From: a virus
Taxonomy: Duplodnaviria > Caudoviricetes
Virus record (IMG/VR): IMGVR_UViG_3300020366_000001
Location: 96,001-160,000 of that record
Reading direction: 5' to 3' (one strand)
DNA: 64,000 nucleotides
Part shown: piece after piece, positions 35,623 to 46,500 of the stretch
How the letters are laid out: each line of letters opens with the position of its first letter
How positions within the stretch are numbered: position 1 is the first letter of the stretch
Made by a program: the position numbers and the translations under genes
The notes under the pieces: model-generated
The model's input: only the letters and a program-made list of their open reading frames with translations
What the model was told of the DNA's origin: nothing
Database searches by the model: none

Positions 35623-37569
35623 TTATCTTACTGTGACGATGAGATGCCCACTACTATCTATAGCAAAAGTCAGACCCGCTGGTGCGAAGAACTGATGAGT
35701 GTTAAGATTCGATGAGTAGTCATTGTATGAAATATTTGTCTGTCTACCAGCATAGACAACAGTCAAATTACTAGATCCTGGTTGAGGTTTACGAATGATG
35801 TAGTAGTCACCAGCATCACCTGCTTCTTTCCAGTTAGTGCCATTCCAAGTCTTAAATGTATCTTGACTGGTGTTGTAGAAGATCTGACCATTAGCAGGGG
35901 TTACAGGATCAGTAGCACCAGTAATGTCAATCTTCTCAGAAGTTGCGGCACCATCAGCTAACTTAGCAGTAGTGATATTATTATTTCTAACAACATCAGT
36001 GGTGACTGCCTCACTGCCAGCAAGACTACTGAGTTTTGGTGAAGTCACAGAGTCATTAGCCAGGTTACCTTCGATAATACCTCCTACCGCAATTTTACTT
36101 GCGGAGACGGCATTGTCAGCCAGTTTTGGTGTGGTCACACTCAAGTTAATGATCTTGTTTGTGGACACCGACAGGTCATCTAGCGTGTCCGTCTGGACTC
36201 GCGTGAAATCTTGCAGGGTACCAGTTGCGGTTGCGGGCGACGTGAAGACGTAGCCTGTAGAATAAGCACTGTAAATGCTGCCGTTATAATAGCGTACTCT
36301 AACATAATAGTTTGTTGAGGGGCGAATAGAATCAGTAGGAATCGGGAACGTAGTTTTGTTCGTAGTGTCATCAGTTGCAACAATCACTTTGTTAGTGAAT
36401 CCTGCATCTGTAGCGACTTCCCAATCACTACTAACGTGTGCTTGTGCTGCAGTAGGAGTAGCAACAAACGTTGAGGACACAACATCCATTCTGTCATAGA
36501 TGTTGGACTCAGTAATAGAAGTAACTTCAGGACATTGCAACTCAGCAGGTACTGCTGTTGTTGCAAAGTAAATTGGTTCCGACCATTCAGAATACCAGTT
36601 TGTGTTCTGTAAGTCAACATACTGATAACGAACCCTAACATAGTAAGTGTTCGCTTCTTCTAAGATGCCAGCACCAATAGTGATAAAAGTTTTGTTGTTA
36701 ATATCATTAGCAGACTCAAATACCAATCCACTTGTATTAGTAATTTGAGGAGATGCGCTATATGATGTGCCAGGTGCTTGTCCACCGCTACTACCGAATG
36801 TGCTACTAGTAGAGATCTGCCACGTAGAAGATACGTGAGTTGCACCATTATATCCAATAAAACCAGATGCTGTAATTGTAGGTGTCAGGGTTGATCCCGT
36901 GGCACTATTGACAGGTGCAAGTATATTGGGTCGGTTGATCTTTGGATTGACATTCGTCTGAGTATCAGTATAGAAGGAGGTAGGATCACTCCATTCAGAC
37001 GCTTGTAAAAGATTATCCTTATATCTTACTCTTACATAATAAAGAGTATCATAGGATAGAGTTTGTGGTGTATATTGTGTCAGACTAGTAGGAGAATCAA
37101 CTAACTCCTCATAGATTGACGTGAAGTTTAGATCAGTAGAGATCTGCCAATGAGATCTCGTATGAGTATTGACACCCACATACGCAGAAGATGTGATGAT
37201 AGGAATCAAACCAGTTGGAGAATTAACACTAACAGTTGGAGTGTTAATCGTCAGACCAGTGTTGAAAGTAGCAACTTTCGACCAGTTAGAAATATTACCA
37301 AGGTCATCACGATGTCTGACACGAGCGTAATATGTGACGTTAGACGATAACGTAGAACCAGGCAGAGTTACAGACAATAAGTTGACTGTATCATTCTGGT
37401 TGTAAGCGTATGTTCCCGTGGTAAAGGTTGCCGTCGTAGAAATTTGCCAATCGGTTGACTGGTGACTACCAACCCCAGTCTCACCACTAAAAGTAGAGGT
37501 GAGAAGCGTGGGAGTTAATGATGCTGGCGACGGAATACTCCCCATTGCGGGTGGGTAGATGAGTGCCAT
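35623..37569 (-). CDS. Virion protein with four FN3-like repeats and VTTxKLADxAV repeats (648 aa)
   Basis: H..S.WQ.ST...F...YYVRVRY repeated four times. Confidence 0.75.
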   Translation of the reverse strand: MALIYPPAMGSIPSPASLTPTLLTSTFSGETGVGSHQSTDWQISTTATFTTGTYAYNQNDTVNLLSVTLPGSTLSSNVTYYARVRHRDDLGNISNWSKVATFNTGLTINTPTVSVNSPTGLIPIITSSAYVGVNTHTRSHWQISTDLNFTSIYEELVDSPTSLTQYTPQTLSYDTLYYVRVRYKDNLLQASEWSDPTSFYTDTQTNVNPKINRPNILAPVNSATGSTLTPTITASGFIGYNGATHVSSTWQISTSSTFGSSGGQAPGTSYSASPQITNTSGLVFESANDINNKTFITIGAGILEEANTYYVRVRYQYVDLQNTNWYSEWSEPIYFATTAVPAELQCPEVTSITESNIYDRMDVVSSTFVATPTAAQAHVSSDWEVATDAGFTNKVIVATDDTTNKTTFPIPTDSIRPSTNYYVRVRYYNGSIYSAYSTGYVFTSPATATGTLQDFTRVQTDTLDDLSVSTNKIINLSVTTPKLADNAVSASKIAVGGIIEGNLANDSVTSPKLSSLAGSEAVTTDVVRNNNITTAKLADGAATSEKIDITGATDPVTPANGQIFYNTSQDTFKTWNGTNWKEAGDAGDYYIIRKPQPGSSNLTVVYAGRQTNISYNDYSSNLNTHQFFAPAGLTFAIDSSGHLIVTVR

Positions 37570-37593
37570 TTTACTTTTATCCTATACAGTAAT

Positions 37594-40500
37594 TTATGCG
37601 CAAGTGGGGTTACAATCTCCCAAGTAAGAGAAGATAACAGGCCACGGAGCAGGAATCTGGAAGTCCAGTGCTCTAGGCGTGATACCGTCAGTCACTTTAA
37701 TCTGTGCCACGCCATCCATACCGATGATCGGTTGCTCAGCGTGGTTGCGATCACGCAGAGGTTTGATAAAGTTACAGAAGTAATCATTAGACGGAGTAAT
37801 GCAAGCACCGTTAGAGGTGTATGCAAAGTCATAGGTGTGATCCTGACAAGGATCAGCAACAGCGACAAGGTTGATCAAATCGACCAGATCAAACGGAGAT
37901 TCAACCAGTTCCACCCACAGTGTGTAGACCTTTTGGGTACCACGTGCAGGGAAGACAGCAGGTGAAGTATCATTCTTCACTGAGAAGTCGATAGGCATAT
38001 TGATGCTGGTGTCGCCACGGAATGGGCATTCGCGAAGCAAACCAGTTGCGGTAGCCAACTGACCAGTGAAAGTGTCGAAGTCACCAGTGTTGACAACAGT
38101 AGGACCATTAGCGTGTGTTGCATTATTAAGGGTGTAGATTGTTCTTGCTCCATTATTAATTGTCTCCATATAAGGGAACTCATTGATCAAGCGCAATCTC
38201 CAGGTAAACTGACCAGCATCGATAGTGTACGAGCAAGTCACATCCTGAGTGCCATTGTTAGTAACAGTCAGGTTTTGCGCACCCTTATAGTAGTCTTGAA
38301 TCTTCAGGTTATTGATGTCAATGTAAGGCAGAGCGCTCAGTGGTGCAGAACCCACGTCAATAACGAAGGAACGAACCATAACGTTGCCGAAGTAATCACC
38401 ACAGGTAAGGGAGTTGTCAACAAATCCCTGATCGTGACGAAGATAACCATTAGAAACAGTACCAGTCCAACCATTTGCATACTGATACCACCACATACCC
38501 AGTTCGGGAGGGTTAGGAATCAGCGTGATTTCGTTAGAAATACTGGACTGAGTAGGACCATTATCGATCACCACCTGATAAGAGTAAGGTGAATTCACAC
38601 CAGAGGGAATACCATTACAAGGTAGGTCGGTGTCGCGGATAACGTTACCAGAATTATCCAGAGGGGGTTGCAGTTGGGAGGGAGATTCGATAGGAACTTC
38701 GATCAAGTTACCACCCCAGTTAACACGGAGGGGGAACTCTTCATCGAAACTGATGTAGTTATTTTCATAAACACTCACACCATCCAGACTACAGGAAGAA
38801 ATATAATTGGTTGGATTAGTACCAAAATCTCTTCTAGATCTGAAGTGAGGAGAGTTCAGAGGGATATAAGAACCGTAAGTGTTCTCGTAAGTATCCCAGT
38901 TGTAACTCTTAGTACCAGTGCTAGTGTCATAAGTGTACACTTTCTTGTACCAGAGATAGTCGATATTCTGGTCGGTACAAAGCAGTTGCACAGGATAACG
39001 ACCCGCCTTAGGAGATCTGTTGGAAGACTGATAAGGGAGGGTGTTAGGATAGTGAGTTAATGCACCATACTCAGTGCTAACCGAGAAGGAAGATGCAGTG
39101 ATAGCAGTTGCACCACTGTTCATCGTCAGGTTAGGTTGAGTAGGAACTGCAGGCAAGTTAGTAGCAGTCAGTTGAACTGTGCTAGTGGTAAGTGCAGTGT
39201 AGGTAGAGGTGAAATCTAAGTGCTGAGTAGAGAACGAAGTACCACCTTCCTGACCAAAGTAGATAGAACTACCAGAGAAGTTCTCAGGAATTCTAATGTC
39301 AACCCAAGCACCAGCACTACCAGGGGTACCATATCTGGTGATATTTGCAGTCAGGGTACCACTGGTAGCGGCAGATCTGATCTCTAAGTTCTTACCTGCC
39401 CATCCAGCATTGCTAACATCAAAGCGATAGGTAGCACCTTTCGCAACTTCAAACACAGTAGAACCACTGTTGTTCACAACCACAGCATAATCATTGCCAG
39501 AAGGAACAAGATCAAAAGTAAGTCTCCAACGAACCTTCAAACGGAAGTAGTAGTTGGCGAATGACCAGAAATCCTTAACGATCAATGTAGTCATAGAGAC
39601 TTCACGATCAGATACATCCTCAAATTTCTCTTGATATGAATAGTACTTGTTACGTGCACTCACGTTGTACTCATACAGATCCAATTCTTCACCGTTACAG
39701 GAAGTGCCAGGTCCGAGACTATACTCATTCAGGTTCACCCACTGACTAGTGCCATCTCTAGTAATCCAAACCTGCCAGTAAGGTAAGAATTCAAACTTCT
39801 CATTCTCATATGCACTCTGTCTCAGAACTGCTTGGAAAGAACGATTAGCGAATGGACGTGCATACCACTCATTTTCTGCCCATACATCATCATCCTGAGG
39901 TTGACCATACTTCTTACCAACAGCAGCATAATCAACCAATCTGTTACCACTTTGAGCAACAATTTCAACGTCTTGAGTAGTTGTGGTGACGTTAGTCAGT
40001 TGAATCGTATAGGTCTGAGTTTGCCCAGAAATATTTTCTTCAACTGTAAGTGTCAGGTCAAGCGTTGTGCCATTAGTAAGAACACCAGTAAGAGTACCAA
40101 GTTCAGTATCAAATGTCAGACCAGTATTAGCGATAGTATCACCAGTCAAGGTGTAATCTCTATCAATAATAGTCTCGTTAGCAAAGGTTCTTAAGAATGA
40201 AACACCCAGTTGCAGGTTGACAGTATCACCAATGTTGTAAGTACCCAAAGAACCTGCAGGTGTATACCACGTGGTCAGCAAGTTAATGTAAGGAGTAACA
40301 ACACCGCGAACAACACCGCTACCAGCACCATCAACACCCTTGTCAACAGGGAGGTAATCAATTGCAGTACCTTCACCTTGTCCTGCATCTTCCTGTGCTT
40401 CAGTCTGGAAGTACAGTTTATTGCCAACAGGGTTCTCATCAATCCAGCGCTGAACACCATCAGATTCTTGACGTGTACCCTTGAGGTTAGCAACCTTGAT

Positions 40501-43500
40501 TAGGTTACCACCAACTTCCGCAACATTTGCGGTGAAGGATGCAGCTGCTGGTTCGATTTGGAATCTGCTATTGACAGAATCAACATCAGTAATGGTATGC
40601 CATTGTTTCTGCAGCACGTTGAACTGAATGCCACCGATGTCATAAACATATGAATCAGCAGTGGTAGCAGTTTCACCAGGGAACACAGGGTTTGCTCTGA
40701 ACTTCTCACCCATAATGTATGGGAATGCAGGTTGAGAGTTTTGATCCTCTGTGATGAAGTAAGCATAGGTTCCATTCGGATAATCAGGTGTCACACAGTA
40801 ACGACCATTATCCTTATCCAAGTCACCAACAATGATACGCTCACCCATATTAGAGTGGTTGTAGCAGAAGTAGAATAATGCCTGAGGTGCGTTGCTAACA
40901 GGAGTAATCTCAATAGATCTCAGAGTGGCAGTATCAAAACCAGCAACATAATCAGCGTAACTAACAACAGCATTTTCCAGTTTGTAAACAACACCATCGT
41001 TATAAACAGCGTTAGCATCACCAGTTTGTTGTCCAGAAACGTGCCAACCTTGTGCTTGTGCATCTCCATAAGTGGAGAACAACATAGCGTGACTGGTTAA
41101 TGAACCATCACTCAAGTTAAAGATATACTTTCTACCCTTACGGAAGTTGAATGCAGGTTTCTCTTCGTTACCTGTCAGTCCACCGCCAGAGATATAGTAA
41201 CGACCACCAGAACCAGTGGTAGTAGCAGCAGATGCCTGAACAATAAAGGTTTGTTCCAACATATCGTTGGTATTGCCTTGATATTCATAATCCTGAATGA
41301 ATGATCCATAAGGATAAGTTGCAAGCACAGGACGGTTTGCAAACATATCAGGAATTCTATTCTCCAGTTTCAGCATATATGCTGTCTTCATACGGATGAC
41401 AGAACTGCTGCTATCCATCTCACTAGAGTATCCATATGGACCATAGATCGGATATCCATCGAAGGACATACCCAGAATCTTAGAGTGACCATTAGGATGA
41501 CGCTTGTAGTCACCTTGGACATTGCTGTTCACGGAGACGGAGTTACCCATCTTCTCGTGGTTGGTGCACACATAGTAGAACGTGTTGGGTGCATCCAGAG
41601 GAACAACGAAAGTAACAGTGCGTTGAGATGCATTATTGAATCCATTTGCATAAGACACGGAGTCAACAGCAGCACCATCTAGACGATAAGTAACACCTGT
41701 TTCATAGCGAACACCACCGCCGTGAATACCATCTTCAGTGGTTGAGAAATACAGAGCGTGACCATCATTAGAAGCATCATCTTGATTAAAGATGTAGGTA
41801 TTACCTCTAGTAAACTCAAGTGCAGGTGCTTCAGTAGGAGTTGAATAAGTGCCACCCTGCAGGATATAACCGTTTGCACTACCTTGGTTGAAGTATACGT
41901 GAGCATTGGTCTTACCACCAACGGTCAAAGTATAGTTAATAGTTTGATATCCAAGATCGAAGTAAGTTCCACTCAGATAGTTAGAACCAGTCAGAGTGCC
42001 AGAGGTATATGCTGACAGTAACTTGGAGCTGTTATAACCATATACATTGCTAGAGTTGGGGAAACCACCGTAGGCATCTTCACCCACGAGGTTGCCATTA
42101 GTTACAGTATTATATGTCCAACCAGGGGTCGGTCCCTCTTCCTTACTGTAGTGATAGAGATAAACACCAGTAGTAGTAATACCAAAGGCATTAGCAGAAC
42201 GTAAGGGAATATCTACAGGGGTAACTTCCTTGTAGTTTGTGCCACCACGCCAGTTAAAGTTCTGGTTGAATGCGTGGTCATCGATGCTGTTCGGGTTACC
42301 AGCAGTAATTGCAATGGTTGCAACAGCAGTTGCTTGAATACCACCACCAACGTTAGGAGCAGCGATATTAACAGTAGGTGCAACACTATATCCAGAACCA
42401 GGGTTATCAATAGTCAAACTAGAGACGAAACCATCCAGAACCGAAAGGTTAGAAGTTGCCGCTGCGCCAGTACCACCGCCACCGCTGAACGTAACGTTAG
42501 CGTAGGTATAACCAACACCACCACTATCAACCGTGACAGTATCAACCACACCAATTTGTGTACCAATCGTACATCCAGCAGCTGCGGGTTGTTCAAACAC
42601 AGGGTTGGCAGGTGCAGTATCTGCTTCAGTAACTGCATCTCCATAATATTCATCACCAAGAATATATGGGAACTCAGGTTGATTGCTGGCATCCATCGTC
42701 ATAAAGTAGGCATATGTACCTCCAGGGAACTCAGGAGTGATACAGAATCTACCGTTACGACGGTCAAGATGTCCATCATCAACGAATACATAATCTTCCA
42801 CGAAAGATCCTAATGGATATGCAGTCGTAGAAGGAGCAAAACCAACAGGTTCAGACAGTGTAATCGTACCTGTCATCGCTGCGTGATTTTCGCAGACATA
42901 GTAATAAGTACCTGCAGCTGCAGTAGTAGTATTCCACAGAATCGTAGCATTGTGGTTACCGTTGTTAGTAACCTGAGCAACTACTTGAGTTGGGTTGTAA
43001 GGTGCAGGAACTTTCTGGATCCAGAAAGGATGGGTAACAGTAGTTGCGCCACCACCACCAGAGGAGTTAACCGTAATGGTTCCAACCATACCACCGTGGA
43101 ACTCACACTGATAGTAGTAAGTACCAGCAGATCCATTGCCAGGTGTCCAGGAAACCGTACCAGATTGCGTACCATTATTAGTAACACCAGCAATCTGGTT
43201 GCCAGTACCAGTACCAGCAGCAGTCTTAAGATGGAATGGGTGACCCGATGCAGACACCGTGAAATTCAAAGTGTCGCCTTCATTAATCTCAATGGCAGGA
43301 TCAGAACCAGAAATGTTACCTGTTCTATCAGAACCAGAGATGGTGTAATCACTGAAACTAGATGCAGTAACAACCAAGTTATAAGTTTGAGGTGTGCTAC
43401 CGCCACCACCACCAGTGGTGTAAGAAGCATTGACATTAAACACGAGGTTGTCGCCAATGTTTGCTGCAATGGCAACATCAGTACCAGTAGATTCACCAGT

Positions 43501-46500
43501 AAAATCGAAATCTAAGTTGTCATCCGCAGTAACACCCCAGGTGTAAGTAGAACCTTGATACTGAGTACCAGTACGTTGAGTGCGGACGTTCCAACTAGAC
43601 TGCATTCTCGCCAACGTAGTTGGAGATGCAGGGTCATTGTAACCAATAGGACCATAGATGGGGTAACCATCATAGGCAAAACCAATAATAGGAGAGTGGT
43701 TAGTGGCATTAGTAACATCACTCGTAGTATGAGAAGGCAGAGCAGTGCTGCTTGCCGAAGTAGTTACAGATGCACCAGAACCATATCCAGTGTAAAGTGA
43801 ACAGAAGTAGAAAAGGTTGGGGCTATCTGGTTGCAGTTGCAAGTAAGTACCAGTGCCAGTAATACCATCGCCAGGAGTACCCTGATAGCGGATACCAATC
43901 GTGTACTCACTACCACCTTGAGTGTGCACACCATCTTGTGCTTCTGAAATTTGTAACGGATATCCAGTGTTACTGGAATCACTTTGATCGAAGAAGTAGG
44001 TGTTACCTTCGGTCAGAATGATGTTAGGAGTTTCGGTACCGTTAAGGAAATACTTATTGCCGTTAGCGGTATTCTGTACAGTGATAGTGTAAGTGGTAGA
44101 AGATCCTTTCCAAGAATTAAGCAGGAAAGAAGAGTTAGTATAGTAATAAGTACCACTACTATCGACGATGCCACTACCATTGTCAGCACCAAATGTAGTT
44201 GAGTTGTAAACCTTATTGAAAGTATATCCATCAGGGCAACCAGTGCCATCAGGAAGGTCTACATTCAGTCCGTGAGAGTAGTGACGTAATTGGATACCGT
44301 TGATTGCAATTCCAATAGAATCTTGCGCGGTCGTAGTATCTGCCGTGCCATCCTTGTGGATGTTTCTTCCACCACGGTAGATAAAGGTATGGTTGTAGGT
44401 TTGACCGCTGATGGAATAGCTATTATTAGCATTAGGAAAACTACCATACAGCGCAGGTTGAGGAAGGTTGTCAGTAACAACAGTCAACGCTTGAGTCGTC
44501 TGATTTAATGATGCAGACGTGGTAGAACCACCACCCGAGACAAACTCACCGTCGGGAGCCAGAGGAGTAGAACCTTGGTTAGGAGGTGCAGGAGTAGCTA
44601 CAGTAACTGTAGGTGCAGCACTATATCCAGAACCAGGATTATCGATTGTAATGCTGGTAATAATACCATCCTGAACCACTGCGGTTGCACTAGCACCAGA
44701 TCCACCACCACCAGAGAAGGCGATAATAGGAAGGTTCAGAGGATTATAACCAGAACCACCGTTAGTAACAGTGATTGTTTCAATACCACCACCAGTCAAC
44801 GCAATCGTGGCAGTAGCAGTTGCTCCAGTACCATCACCATCGATGTTGACCGTAGGAGCAGTAGCGTATCCAGAACCAGGCTGATCAATAGTGATGCTAG
44901 TCACAGCACCACCAGTCAGAGTAATGTTCGCAGTTGCTGCTGCACCAGAACCACCACCTCCAGAGAAGGAAACTGTAGGAACTAAGGTGTAACCAGAACC
45001 TTGATTCTGGATCTGTAAGTTAGAAACATAACCAGCAGTACCACCAGAGGGGAAGACACCGAAGGAACCAGGAGCAGGATGGTTATCGCTAACAACATTC
45101 AGCAAACCACCTGCAATATAATATGCGGCAGTAGGAGATTCACTGCTACTTACCCAAACGTCAGTGATAACATCGGTTGCAGGAATAGAAACAGGAGTAC
45201 GGAACTGTACTCTGTCGCCAACACTAGGATTGAAACGAGCAAACTCGCTACCAAGAGTAACGTTAATAATGTTTGATTGAGGAGAAGTACTAATGTTGGT
45301 ATTAACACCATCGAGAGTAATCTCATCGATATCATTAGTAGGATAGGTAGTAACAGAAGGACCGCCATACTCCTGTCCAACAGGAGCAGTTACTGCTCCA
45401 CTGTATGATCTCTCATAATCCCAATCAATCTCTCTACGAATCCACTCTTTAGCGAGTCTAGGTAGAGTTTTGCCTTCATAAACTGCTTTGTTCTGATACC
45501 CTTTCTTACCCATCCACTGAGCAATGATGCCAGCAGTCAAAGGAGTGGAGAAAGAGGTACCTTGAATGCAAGTATAATAGGAACTACCAATAGAGTTGTA
45601 GGGACTATTGCTGTTCCAGAAATATTGAGGAATGTAGATAGATTCGCCAGGTGCACTGGTGGTTACACCAGAACCATAGTTACTGAATGTCGAGAAAGTA
45701 TTAATATATCCAGTAGCACCGACAGAAATCTTGTCGCTGATGCCTTCCATATTATACTGATAGTCTTGTGGACCAGCAGTACGAGGACCAGGGCAGAACT
45801 TTGCTTGGAATCCACCATACTTGGTGTTATATCCAAAACCGTTACCTGCAGAGCGAACAAGAGTAATACCTTGTTCAACTACGTAACCTTCATAGTCATC
45901 CATTGCAGTGTCTGCCTCATAGGCACCACTGTCAAATCCAGGTTCGTTCTGCGGAACATAACGATAAACCTCAGAAGGAATACCAACACCAACAGATGCG
46001 TTGATAATTGCAGGACGACCATTGCCCTTGTAATTGGGGTGGTTGGGATCGTTATGGTTAACAACCGCTAACAATGCATTAACATATGCAGATAAGGTAC
46101 CAGAGTTACCAGCACCAAAAATCTTCAGAGCATAGAATCTTGCTTTGTGTGCGAGACCGTGCTGCAAACCACCAACACAAATGGCACACTGGGTGCCGTG
46201 CCCGTTGTTATCTTCGTTAGAGTTTGTTTCGCCATTAACAGTATACCCAGAATTAAATCCAGGAACCTCATAAACACGATAGTTTGCCTGTTCAGTAGCA
46301 CCGTTCAGATCAGAAACGTGATCAGGGTGATACAGTTCAGGGTGAAGATTGGCACCAGTTGCACTAGTAGGTCTGGAAGCACCACGAATACCAGTATCTA
46401 AAACATATACATCAACACCATCACCATCTTCAGTATAAGAATACAGACCATAATCAAGAGCATTAGTCTGCTGAGTTAGTCTTCCAAGATACCACTTGGA

